From Eledone cirrhosa (Eukaryota), in NCBI GenBank assembly GCA_964016885.1, contig CAXHJY010001326.1:23931-87930 (forward strand): DNA of 64,000 bases, read 5' to 3'. Positions 40,900 to 53,133 of the stretch are shown in pieces. A model generated the notes under the pieces. It ran no database searches. It was not told the DNA's origin and saw only the letters and a program-made list of their open reading frames with translations. Numbering within the stretch: position 1 is the first letter of the stretch; the number at the start of each line of letters is the position of its first letter. Made by a program: the position numbers and the translations under genes.

Positions 40900-41420
40900 T
40901 TGTGAGAGATCAGTGGGAGGACTGATTTGCTCACATAGGACTGATTTTAGCTTGGTTTCTACAACTCGATGTCCTTCCTAATGCCAACCACATTTACAGT
41001 GTGTACTAGGTGCTTTTTGTCATGACACCTACATGACCAATTTACAGTGCAGCTGGACACCTTTTTTCATGTTACCCACTCGACCAATTTACAGTGTGGA
41101 CCAGGCACATATATATATGTGGGAAGGGTATGCATATTATATGCCCCATCATCATTGTTTTATAACCATTTTTCTATGGTTGCATGAGCTGGATAGAACT
41201 CTTGTAGCTGAGTGTCTTGCTAAATGTTGCAGACTCTTGTCACCACCTTCTTGAGGTTTGACCACTTCAGATCATCAACCACCATTTCTTACAAATTCTT
41301 CTTTGATCTTCCTATTCCATAAGTTCTTTTCAGTCATCTCATTTTCCATTCTCTTATCACTTCACAGGTCCATACCAGCAAAGTCTTCTCCCACGCTCAC
41401 CACATCTGATTCTTCTCATA
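40900..41420 (-). mobile_element. old RTE 3'UTR and C-terminal fragments
   Basis: GATGTCCTTCCTAATGCCAACCAC tail motif; minus-strand RRLCWYG and GIGRSKK remnants. Confidence 0.6.
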
Positions 41421-41616
41421 TGAGGATGGGCTGAAATATTCATAGGGTGACTATGAAGGATTGATGCTAGAGCAGTGAAATCTGGCGTGCATTATTTTCA
41501 ATTCTTCTTAATAACTGCTTTGTTTCTTTCCAAGAACTATGTTGATAAATAAACCTCATTTTGATCATTCCATGAGAGTATCTTGGTCAGCCTATGAACC
41601 TTTCAGCTGATCCTCA
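41421..41616. mobile_element. mariner-derived MITE
   Basis: Imperfect ~30-bp TIRs TGAGGATGGGCTGAAATATTCATAGGGTGAC / GTCAGCCTATGAACCTTTCAGCTGATCCTCA, preceded by TA. Confidence 0.75.
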
Positions 41617-43054
41617 TTCCATGCTTCAGCATATACTGGCACACTGATAAAATACCTAAATGCCTTACATAGTTTGCTTTAACACTTTAGCATTTATTCT
41701 ATATTTACTATTGTATTTTCATGGTAAAGGCTTTATCTCACATAATATCAAATCTATGAGATTTTGATGTTATTTATTTTGAGAACAATACTTCAACATC
41801 ACTATGAGTGGCCAGTTACAACCAGTTTAGACAGAAAGGGGTGAGAGAATTCTGGCCAGATATGGCTGATTTAAATGCTACAATTTTTTTATGCATAATA
41901 CTGTATCTATAGTATCCTAATATCCAATCATTAAGTAATTTATTCTTATATCATCATCATCAATTTTACATATGTTTTTCTATGCTGTTATGGGTTGGAC
42001 AAGATATTTTTAGGCAGTAATCTGTGGCAAAATGCCTTGCCTGATGCCAACCCTTATTGTTAAATATGGTACTTTATTCTACTGACTTTCACCTGTCAAA
42101 CTCCTATGTTGGGCGACTTAAACAAATGGCACCTATTGTTTTTTTACAGTGTCATTATGAAGAAATATGTGGAGACAACACACACCTTTCTATAGTGTAG
42201 GATTCAATTTGGGACCATAGTCAATCATGCCTTTTCTGAGAATATTAACAACAATATAAGGAATATAGATACAATAAAACATAGAATTGGATCACAGACA
42301 CCATTCATTTTGCCAGCCAGATTTTGGCTCAGACCACACCTACATTAACCACCAACTCCTCCTCCTCCTATATAAAAATTACATTTCTTTCACACAGAGT
42401 TTAAAATTTGTCTTTTTTTGTGGTTTTTTGAGTGACAGCTAACTTCAGGAAGATGTCTAGCTAAAGTGATTATTAAGCTATGTGTCACATTGTGATTATA
42501 TCTCAAATTTTATTTAAGTCCATGCAACTTGTTAATATCTAGTAAAGTGTATATACAAGAGATTGACGGCAATTATAAGCCTGAGATGTCAATCCATAAA
42601 GTGGTTTTTAAATGACCATCAACTTATGGGATAGTAAATTTAAGTTAATGTAGAAATATGGTTAAAAGCACGCACGGGGGAAGGGAAAAGTCATACTTTG
42701 AAGTGATAATGGCGTCTTTGAAAAGAGGAGATTAGAAATAATTATTTCATAAGGATTTTGTTTCACAAATGGAGTAATGGAGTCTTTGATGGCAGAGTGG
42801 GCAAGACACTGGTTTACATTCATGTGGGGTTGTAGAGTCAGTGTTCACTGAAAGTCTTTCATTACTCATATGATTCTTGCAATATGGAGTAATTCTATGA
42901 GATTCAAAATTCACTAAGGTATGAGGAACATTTTCCATCTAACAAATGTTTACTCACAAGTTGTTACTTAAAGTACCACCGAGTGGGACTGAATCCAAGA
43001 CTACAGCTTACAAAATGAACTCATTAACTAAAAGGTCATGCCTATGTCTTTATA

Positions 43055-43430
43055 TCATCATCCTTTAATGTCCATTTTCACGCTTGCATGGGTCAGACAG
43101 GTTGTCATATTATGAGACAAGTCAGGTCTGGAGACCATGCCTTGCTCATACGGATCACTATTTTGACTTGGTGTCTACTGCTGGATGCCCTTCCTAACAC
43201 CAACCATATTACAGTGTGGACAGGGTGCTTTTTATCATGACACTAAAATGACCACCTTACAGGATGGACTGTGTGCTTTTTGACATGTCATCAATATGAC
43301 CACTTCACAGTGTAGAGAGTGTGTTTATTGTCGTGTCACCAGCATGACTATCTTACAGTTTGGACTGGACGATTTTGTCATATCACCAGCATGACCATCT
43401 TACCATGTGAACTGGGTGGTTTTTATTGTG
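43055..43430 (-). mobile_element. RTE-type 3' tail with an internal ~47-bp tandem array
   Basis: CTGGATGCCCTTCCTAACACCAACC followed by ~5 diverged units (ATGAC at 43249, 43297, 43344, 43391). Confidence 0.7.
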
Positions 43431-43550
43431 AACCCGTCCAGGGTTGACTAACCACTTTTTAAAAATATATTTCTATATTATTGTTTTTTTTCTTTTTATA
43501 TTTCAATTTAAGAGTGAATTTAATTTTGAGTTTGTATTTTGTACTTTTAG

Positions 43551-43661
43551 GAGAGAAAACACACACAGCAACATCAATACAACAACAACATCATTCAGAG
43601 ACCCCTTGGGGCATTAGCAAAGGAGGCAGTTCAAGCTGACTTCATTTCTAAACAGAAGTAG
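43551..43661 (+). CDS. candidate terminal coding exon of an unidentified host gene
   Basis: Good acceptor TATTTTGTACTTTTAG|G; open frame ERKHTQQHQYNNNIIQRPLGALAKEAVQADFISKQK*; no homology recognised. Confidence 0.25.
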   Translation, partial: ERKHTQQHQYNNNIIQRPLGALAKEAVQADFISKQK

Positions 43662-43850
43662 TAGTAGTAGTAGTGAGTGTTGAGCAGTGAAGTGGAGGCA
43701 CTTTGGAAGTTGGGTAGATGGATTGAAGTTGAAGTAGATTTATTTTAAAGAAAAAGTAAAAACTAAAGCAAAATTTTAAAAATAGATGATAGTGAAGGAA
43801 GAAAATGTGTGAAAAAAGTTTAGATAGAATTTCAAATCCAAGATTTTACA

Positions 43851-43899
<49 letters not shown>

Positions 43900-44678
43900 G
43901 AATAATAAATAAATAAATAATATTTTATTGGAATTTATTGAAAGTTATTTACAGTTGGGGGAAAAATAGTTGTAGCAAGTGTGGGATGTCTGTGTGTGTG
44001 TTTTATGTTCATTGCAGTATATAGAGACAATGATGATGAGAAGGATGATGATTATTATGATGATGATGTTTAGGAGAATAATTATATTGAGTATAACGAT
44101 GAGGTGTTAGAAGAACTTGAGAGTAATAATGATGCAGATTATGACAATTGTGATGATCATACCTTGAATAATAATGTGAATGGTGCTGGTAGTTAAAATA
44201 GTAAAGGAGTAGTGGCTACACTGTGTATGATAATGATGATAATGCTGATGTTGGTAGTGGTGGTTCTGACAATGATGATGATGGTTCTGGTGATGACAAC
44301 AATAATGATAATAATCAAGGTGATGGTGATGAAAGTGATAATAATGATGTTGGTGATGTTGGTGAGGAAATAAGGATGGGGTCGGTGGTGGATATGGTGA
44401 ATCCAAAACAAGATGACAAGAACTACATTGACAAGTATTTTGACAATTATTTTGGCAATTTTTCACATTTAATAAAACTTTTTCTTTTACTTTACTATTT
44501 GTTATTCCTTCTCAAACCTGGAAGTGAGAGTATACAGAACATGCACACACACACATATGAATACACACGCACACATACATATGAACACATAAACACAAAG
44601 AATATAAATACACACACATGAAAACATACATACAAACACAAACATATATATATATACACACAAATATATATACACATG

Positions 44679-44740
<62 letters not shown>

Positions 44741-44747
<7 letters not shown>

Positions 44748-44822
44748 TCACACAAATACACAAACACTTTAAACAAAAATACAAAAATACACATACACAT
44801 GAACACATATGCACAAACAAAA

Positions 44823-44853
<31 letters not shown>

Positions 44854-44939
44854 TATGCACACAAACACAAACATATATTCATACAAAAAAATATATGTAT
44901 ATATAATAAAAGTATGTGTTTCTACATGTATTTCCCTTG

Positions 44940-44996
<57 letters not shown>

Positions 44997-45080
44997 TCAC
45001 ACAAATACACAAACACTTTAAACAAAAATACAAAAATACACATACACATGAACACATATGCACAAACAAAAATATATATA
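44741..45080. repeat. exact ~90-bp direct duplication following (TA)n tracts
   Basis: CACACTCACACAAATACACAAACACTTTAAACAAAAATAC...GCACAAACAAAAATATATAT at ~44741 and ~44990. Confidence 0.85.
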
Positions 45081-45119
45081 CACATACACAAATATATATA
45101 CAAACCATATATATATATA

Positions 45120-45198
45120 CAGGGTGTCCCCAAAAAATGTCTACACAAATTTATTAGAATGCTGTTGAAGTGTGTATAGATTTTTGGGGGACACCCTG
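45120..45198. mobile_element. 79-bp Tc1/mariner-type MITE
   Basis: TA-CAGGGTGTCCCCAAAAA...TTTTTGGGGGACACCCTG-TA. Confidence 0.8.
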
Positions 45199-45334
45199 TA
45201 TATATTCATACACTCATACAAATACACACACACACATGAATGCACAAATGCACTCAGACATATATGTATATATCAACACACATACAAACACGAACAAAAA
45301 TATATATATACACACATTCAAATACCCCTCCCCC

Positions 45335-45452
<118 letters not shown>

Positions 45453-45998
45453 ACTTCACACACACACACATATGTATATATAAACACATATAGGTAAAGA
45501 GAAAAGTGAAAAGTTTCTTATGAACCATTGCAATGTTTAACTTTGACAATATGGTGAGGTCTGAAGAATCTCTTAAGTGACAGACACATCCAATCATCTC
45601 AATTCCACAGCTGATCATTGTCCATCCATCATTATTGATATATAGACAGATGACAGCAGTTTTTTTGTTTATTTCTTCTTCTTGCTTTTTTATCCTATAC
45701 TTCTCATTCATATTCATCATCATCACCACCATCTTCTGTTTTTATCTACTTCTACATCTATTTCTTCATCTTTGTCATCTCACTTCCTGCTCTTATTCTT
45801 TTTCTCATTCTCCTTCACAATCTATCTTCTTCCTTCACCCCCTCTCCTCAACCTGTCTTCATTCTCCTCTTTCTGTTATTATAGATATATTTTTTAAAAA
45901 TTGTTTAATATTTATATATATATATATTAGCCTAATTCATTATTAATTATATTTGTATTATTTCCATCATCATCTATCAAGTAGTTTTTTTTAATTTT

Positions 45999-46033
<35 letters not shown>

Positions 46034-46153
46034 TTATATATATAATTGGTACTCATAGGGGAACGGATGAAGAACCCAAAAGCACACACTTCGTCCATTC
46101 CCATGTCGATTCAACTTGGATTGCCTCGGAAACATAACCTTATTATGTAACAA

Positions 46154-46227
46154 GTTGCCTGATGATGTCACGACACTCGCACACAGAACAGTGTGGCCAG
46201 TGTCATCATTGAAATATATATCACAGC
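46154..46227 (+). ncRNA. type I hammerhead-like motif (stem I weakened)
   Basis: gttgc-CTGATGA-t-long stem II-GAAA-tatata-TC-acagc. Confidence 0.5.
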
Positions 46228-46393
46228 ATTATTATTAAAGGACTTGAACATCTGAAACTACTTCGCTTTTACTTATTCTATATATATATAATGCTGTGAT
46301 ATATATTTCAATGACGACACTGGCCACACTATATATATATAGAGAGAATAAGTAAAAGCGAAGTAGTTTCAGATGTTCAAGTCCTTTAATAAT

Positions 46394-46583
46394 AATTGTT
46401 TCTACTTTTGGCACAAGGCCAGCAAATACCCAGTACATTACTGGTACTTTATTTTATCGACCCCGTAAGGATGAAAGGCAAAGTTAACCTCGGCGGGATT
46501 TGAACTCAGACTGTAAAGGGGCGTAACTATGCTAGAAAGCATGGCGTCCAACCCTCTACCGATACTGCCAATTCACCACCCTA
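46394..46583 (-). mobile_element. SINE family A
   Basis: Full consensus; 19-bp TSD CAAGTCCTTTAATAATAAT at 46378-46396 and 46611-46629. Confidence 0.9.
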
Positions 46584-46629
46584 GTGGTTTAATAATAACA
46601 ATTCACCACCCAAGTCCTTTAATAATAAT

Positions 46630-46703
46630 GCTGTGATATATATTTCAATGACGACACTGGCCACACTGTTCTGTGTGCGAGTGTTGTGACATCATCAGAC
46701 AGC
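46630..46703 (-). ncRNA. type I hammerhead ribozyme motif
   Basis: Minus strand: GCTGT-CTGATGA-t-stem II (ACACT..CACAC agaaca GTGTG..AGTGT)-GAAA-TATATA-TC-ACAGC; palindromic stem III; base of stem II non-canonical. Confidence 0.6.
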
Positions 46704-46936
46704 TTGTTACATAATAAGGTTATATATATATATATACCTAGCTGTGCCCATAAATCTGACCACACAGAAAAGCACCTCTTATTTATGTGTGTGTGTCTGT
46801 GTGTGTAAATATATATATATATATTCTGTGTATGAACAAATAAATAATATAATATATCACTTCTCTTCCTGATTGAGCACTGTTTTCCTTTTTCACATCT
46901 ACCAATATTTATATATATATATACATATATATATAT

Positions 46937-47277
46937 ATCATCATCATCATCATCATTTTATGTCCGCTTCTCCCTGCTTGCAAGGGTGGGACAGGAACTG
47001 ATTCTGTCTTGATTTCTACAGCTGGATGCCCTTCCTAACACCAACCTCATTTACAGTGAGTGCTGGGTGCTTTTTTTTTTCCGTGGCACCTCCACGACCA
47101 CTTTTCAGTAGAATGATAGGACTCCAGTCTTATCATCTCATTTCTACAGCTAAGTAAACTGGAGCAGTGTGAAATAAAGTGTCTTGCTCAAGGAAACAAC
47201 ACATCACCCGGTCTGAGAATTGAACTCACAATGATTGCAAGGCCAATGCTCCAACCAATAAGCCATGTGCCTCCATG
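46937..47277 (-). mobile_element. SINE family B
   Basis: Highly similar to 11584-11938. Confidence 0.9.
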
Positions 47278-47558
47278 AAATATATATATATATATAAACG
47301 GAAAAAATGAAACAATATTTCATTTCCCACTCTTAGTACGGCTGTTACTTAAATATAAGTATGTACACGTACATACATATATGTATACCAACGTACAGTA
47401 GTATGTATATATATACATACATGCACACATATATATATGCACGTATGGATTCACCGAACATTTATTATAATGCTCGGTGTGTTTGTAAACAAACATCCCG
47501 TATTAAGCCGTAGTGTCTAGCAACCACCGTTGCTCGTTTGTTCAACACTGACAAAGGA

Positions 47559-47601
47559 ACGCTGTACTAGTTTCAAGCTTGTTAGCTATCGTCAGCAACG
47601 T
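47559..47601 (-). ncRNA. minimal type I hammerhead ribozyme
   Basis: Minus strand: ACGTTG-CTGACGA-t-AGCT aaca AGCT-t-GAAA-CTAG-TA-CAGCGT. Confidence 0.72.
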
Positions 47602-48332
47602 ATACCTTCCTGCCAGATTGTTGAACGTATATACTTACCTTATGCATATTAACGGCTGAGTAGCCCAATTTGCATATCGAGTGGGTTAATCGGCCGGGTG
47701 CACCGAAAACGATAAACGGAAAAAATGAAACGATATTTCATTTCCCACTCTTAGTACGGCTGTTACTTAAATATAAGTATGTACACGTACATACATATAT
47801 GTATACCGACGTACAGTAGTATGTATATATATATATACATACATGCACACATATATATATGCACGTATGGATTCACCGAACATTTATTATAATGCTCGGT
47901 GTGTTTGTAAACAAACATCCCGTATTAAGCCGTAGTGTCTAGCAACCACCGTTGCTCGTTTGTTCAACACTGACAAAGGAAATCTGTACTAGTTTCAAGC
48001 TTGTTAGCTATTGGGATGTTTGTTTACAAACACACCGAGCATTATAATAAATGTTCGGTGAATCCATACGTGCATATATATATGTGTGCATGTATGTATA
48101 TATATATATACATACTACTGTACGTCGGTATACATATATGTATGTACATGTACATACTTATATTTAAGTAACAGCCGTACTAAGAGTGGGAAATGAAATA
48201 TCGTTTCATTTTTTCCGTTTATCATTTTCGGTGCACCCGGCCGATTAACCCACTCGATATGCAAATTGGGCTACTCAGCCGTTAATATGCATCAGGTAAA
48301 TATATACGTTCAACAATCTGGCAGGAAGGTAT

Positions 48333-48375
48333 ACGTTGCTGACGATAGCTAACAAGCTTGAAACTAGTACAGCGT
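48333..48375 (+). ncRNA. minimal type I hammerhead ribozyme
   Basis: ACGTTG-CTGACGA-t-AGCT aaca AGCT-t-GAAA-CTAG-TA-CAGCGT: stem I 6 bp (one G-U), palindromic ACTAGT stem III. Confidence 0.72.
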
Positions 48376-48594
48376 TCCTTTGTCAGTGTTGAACAAACGA
48401 GCAACGGTGGTTGCTAGACACTACGGCTTAATACGGGATGTTTGTTTACAAACACATCGAGCATTATAATAAATGTTCGGTGAATCCATACATGCATATA
48501 TATATGTGTGCATGTATGTATATATATATATACATACTACTGTACGTCGGTATACATATATGTATGTATGTGTACATACTTATATATATATATA

Positions 48595-48623
48595 TATGTA
48601 TGGTTTCCTTGTTGACTTTTCCC

Positions 48624-48667
<44 letters not shown>

Positions 48668-48693
48668 GGGAAAAGTCAACAAGGAAACCATAC
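48595..48693. repeat. perfect fold-back around (TA)n
   Basis: TGTATGGTTTCCTTGTTGACTTTTCCCATG-(TA)n-CATGGGAAAAGTCAACAAGGAAACCATACA. Confidence 0.9.
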
Positions 48694-50184
48694 AGGAGAA
48701 CAATGCAGTGCAAAAAAAAATATATATATATAAGTTTAATTCTTGATATAGTAGGAAAAACGTTGTTTTGCATGCTAGTAAGCCATCAGAAGATGGAATG
48801 GGAAATAAAAGAAGCAACAGAAAGTTAGAGAAGATTGAAAATTGGAAGAAAAGGAAATACAATATTTGGATATTTATATATATATATATATGAAAAATCT
48901 TGGACCTCGATGGTTGAGTTATAGCCGTTTCAATAGCTAGATCTGAACTGAAGTAGTAGTAATAATAATAAATCTATAGATTAGATTATTATTAGAGATT
49001 AAAATTTTAAGCCAAACATTTCTGCTTTCTCCTTAAAGTGGGATATTCTGAAACTGATGTTACTAAGTTAAACTGCCTGAGATCGCTGTCGATCCTCTAC
49101 TTCTCTAATATATGCTTATATATATGTATTTACTCAAGTATCTACCTGTCTATGATAGGGCTAATAATGTTCTTAGAACTCCATGTAGTACAGAAGTAAT
49201 AATTCCAACGAGGATGGAGATGTGGATCTATATTATTGTGACTAATAGTATGGAGTTACATAACTACTATTAGTTAGTCAGTATATCGATTTATCCTGAT
49301 CAATCAACTTTCTGAGATGACCATAAAACAATGAACTAATTAAGCACATAACTTTTGTTTTTGTTGTTCATCATACACACACACACATATATATATATAT
49401 AATAACTGGTTCAGTTGATTCATGGTTTACTGAGAAGGGTATCAAAATCATCACTCAGTGCTATGGCAGAGTAATAAACAAGCAAAATGATGGTTTTACT
49501 TGATTAACAATTCTAATGAGCAGATTGGGCTGCAGTGGTGTCTATAGCATTTACATGGATCCTGAGCCACCCATCTGTGAAACAGTTGTAACTGCATAAT
49601 TAATAAGGATCTTAATGTGAAACCTCATGTTGGTCTTTATATATATATATATATATATATATCATCATCCTCATCATCATTTTACGTCCGCTTTTCCCTG
49701 CTTGCAAGGGTGAGACGGATGTATATATATATAAACATACATATAGATATATGTATACACATTTATATGCATATACACACACATATGTATATATATGCAT
49801 ATATATATATACCCATATACACACATACATACATACTTGTATATACATGTATATACACATGGGGTGGGTGTGCGATAGGTCATAATTGATGGATCAGATA
49901 TCAATCCTTGTCATGACTATAATATTTCGCTCTAAAGTGTTTGTGGTTTAATTTTTCATAACATAATCCTTGAATTATTCATGTCTCATTGTGTGAATTT
50001 TCTAAGAAAAATTTGAAATTGTTTTCTTTTGTTTGTAATGAATTTTTTTAATTTTTTTTTTATTCCTTATTGCAAGAATGTATTTCTTGGGCATTTTTTA
50101 AAACTCAGCGGAATACAGCAGATTTTTTCCAGAGAAGGATAGCGAGTGAGAGAAAGGTAGTGAGAAAGAGATACATAGGAAGAA

Positions 50185-50345
50185 TCGGTACCAGTACTAG
50201 ATTTGTAATGTTTTTTTATTGACCTCGAAAGAATGTAAGGTAAAGTTGACTTTGGCAGTATTTGAACTGATAGAACAGAGAGCCAAAACAAATACTGCAA
50301 ATCATTCTATCTGATGTTCTGATGACACTGCCAATTCGCCACCTT
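50185..50345 (-). mobile_element. SINE family A, older subfamily
   Basis: AAGGTAAAGTTGACTTTGGCAGTATTTGAACT core in reverse. Confidence 0.65.
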
Positions 50346-52024
50346 TATTACATAAATAGAAAATCTAATTATATAAACAAAAAGAGCACTTTCGAATTAA
50401 AACCGCCAAAATATTTTAATTTGGAAAATGTAATTTAAAAACCAAATATTTCTAAACTATTGTGAAATTATTATTTCACAGCAAAAAGTTATAGAATCTG
50501 AAGGATATTTACATAGCTAAAACTTTTCACCAATACACATTCATTTGAATATTTAATGTTTTGTTGAAAACAAAATATTGTGATGATGCAACTGAAAGCT
50601 GGTAAATTTTTAACTAGTTTTAAGATTGATTTCAGTTGGAACTAAAAAATAATATTAATTATAATAATAAATATATTAATAAATGGATAAAGAGTTAAAA
50701 AAACATCATCTTCCTGTCATTTCAGAAAGTTTGACAATGCAAATAATGTTAACTATGTTTAAATCATCATAAACAATTTAAACTTTAAAATAATAACATT
50801 AACAAATAAATACTAGATAAATTTAATTCCAGAAATTTCATTTTTCTTTCAGTTTTTGTTTTAAATTAATTATGTAGTCTTTTTCTTTTGTTAAGTAAAT
50901 TGATTTTTCTGTTAGTAAAAGAGAATTATTGAAATTCTTTATTTTTTAAGTATGTGTTTGTGTGTGTCTTTTGTTTTATTTTATTATTATTTTTTTTTCG
51001 TAACTATCAAAACTTCCATCTCAAAATATCCCACTAGAATAAATAACTTAAAACAAATCTGAGATATGAGAATCTTGTATTTATTATGGGAGGCACTATT
51101 ATCCAGAGATTTAGGGAGTTAACAAAACTATGGTTCCCTCCCATTTTGAAGATATTAGGGTGTTTAATGTAAAGAAAATTCGGTAAAGAAAATTTGGTTG
51201 CTGGTATGTCTGTGTGGTTAAGAATTTCACTACAGCACCATGCAGTTTTGTGTTCTATCATACCATGTGACAACACGAGGAAGTGTTTTCTACTCTAGTC
51301 TTGGGCTGACTCATGATTTGGGAGTAAAATTGGTGGATAGAAATTATATTAACCCTTTTGGTACCAACCCAGCCTTATATGGCTCTGCCTCTATGAAACA
51401 ATCCATTTGAATGAGTTCCTATTTATATTAAAATCTTCCAATATAACCTTATACAAGAACCATATGTTCTTTAAAATCCAATTGATCTATATTTTCACTA
51501 AATAAGCTCAGAATTTGACTCATTTAACATTTTGTTATTCTCACTGTCTCCATATTAAAATTTCAAATCATTTAAAAAATTTGGAGGAAGTTAGGAATAT
51601 AATTAAGTTACTCATTATAAAGCTAGTGTTTGGAGCATGATTCAACAAATATTCCTACCTAAAATTATTATGTAAGGTGTTTAAAAATATAAATCCTTTT
51701 TTAAAATGTGTGTGTCAATGTGTGTGTGTGTGTATGTGTGTGGAGGAATTTTCCATCTTTATGAAGACAGCAGACACAACAACAGTTATAAAAAATCATA
51801 AATTTAATTTAATTAGAAATATAGATTTACCTGCAAAGTTTTTCAGCAATTAAGTCTTCAGTGATCGTGAGAGATAAAGAGAACAATGTTCAGGAAGAAT
51901 TTAAAACCACTTACCTAAAATTAAAAATACAAATAATTAATATTATATTATAATAACTATTGTAATTATTATCATTCTTGTTTCTTTTTTGTAAAATATT
52001 TCAAAAGCATTGTAAATAGGTATA

Positions 52025-52210
52025 ATTGTTTCTACTTTTGGCACAAGGCCCGCAATTATCCCAGGCATTACTGGTACTTTAGTTTATCGACCTCGAAAAG
52101 ATGAAAGGCAAAGTTGACCACGGCAGGATTTGAACTCTGAGAGCAGAGAGCCAGAACGAATACCACAAAACATTTTATCTGACGTTCTAACAACTCTGCT
52201 AATTCACCAT
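52025..52210 (-). mobile_element. SINE family A variant
   Basis: Family A tail and core in reverse; TTGTAAATA flanking duplication. Confidence 0.8.
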
Positions 52211-52757
52211 TGTAAATAAATATAATGATTAATTCTAAGAAACCATATCAATTGTTTGTAAAAACCATCAAAATGTATCAAGATGGCTTTCAGTAACTAA
52301 AAATTATGATTATGTATTTATTCAATTCTATTTATTTATCTTTAAATGCAAGTGATGTTTGACAAAGCAATTTGCCAAGATTGCACCTATCTCTAATCCA
52401 TTCTATTCCAATATCTTTAAACACATCGATGCACAGTTGCTAAGCAATCTAAAACATTACATCACTCCAAACACCATAGTGCAGAACATAAACCCCTTTT
52501 TTTAGCTTCTCTTTTCTTGCTATGTATAAAAGGAAATGGAAGCACTCTTTACTCTTGATAAAGTCATAGGGTCACCATCCTGACATGTCTTAGGCAGCTT
52601 AAACTTGGTGCAGCCCAAGGTTTGAACATAGCAAATTTCTTTCAGAGAGAAAGAGAAATAGAAGTAGACTCAACCCAGTACTGTAAGAGTGACAGAGTAT
52701 ATAAACGGACAAGTGTTTGTATCCCTAAAAATATATATATATATGTATATACATACA

Positions 52758-52952
52758 TACACTGTAAACGTGGTTGGTTTTAGGAAGGGCATCTAGCTGT
52801 AAAATACCCAGCCAAATATACAGTCCTCACTGGAGCAAGAGGCGAGATATTGCCAACCCTGGCCAGACTTGCCTCCCAGAATAGACGATCCATCTAATCC
52901 ATGCAAGCATGGAAAATCGACATTAAATGGAGATCATAATGATGAAGGATGA
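52758..52952 (+). mobile_element. RTE-type 3' tail fragment
   Basis: CACTGTAAACGTGGTTGGTTTTAGGAAGGGCATCTAGCTGTA...CCATGCAAGCATGGAA, similar to 40065-40200. Confidence 0.75.
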
Positions 52953-53099
52953 TATATATATATGTATATATATACACACACACACATATGTATACACACA
53001 CACACACATATGTATACACAAACACATGTATATACATACACACACATGTATATATACACACATGTATACACACATGTATACACACACACACACATGTAT

Positions 53100-53133
<34 letters not shown>

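Larger units (their letters stand above)
46135..46722. mobile_element. inverted duplication of a hammerhead-bearing element (PLE pLTR-like), right arm interrupted by SINE A
   Basis: 46135-46279 mirrored by 46345-46396 plus 46611-46722; extra inverted piece at 46290-46330; (TA)n at the junctions. Confidence 0.75.
47294..48583. mobile_element. tandem plus inverted array of a 418-bp hammerhead-containing monomer (retrozyme or PLE pLTR-like)
   Basis: ATAAACGGAAAAAATGAAAC at 47294 and 47712 (period 418); inversion junction at 48010/48013; reverse block repeats GGGATGTTTGTTTACAAAC at 48013 and 48435; copies nearly identical; (TA)n flanks. Confidence 0.88.

Noticed and set aside
43190-43430. Regularly spaced repeats as a CRISPR-like array
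   Set aside because: Whole units are diverged tandem copies with no unique spacers; eukaryotic retroelement tail
44107-44466. His-rich / Asp-rich ORFs
   Set aside because: Decayed (GAT)/(GGT) trinucleotide repeats
51831-51915. Minus-strand segment bounded by AG and GT, a possible exon
   Set aside because: Stops in all three frames; could be a UTR exon but cannot be supported from sequence alone
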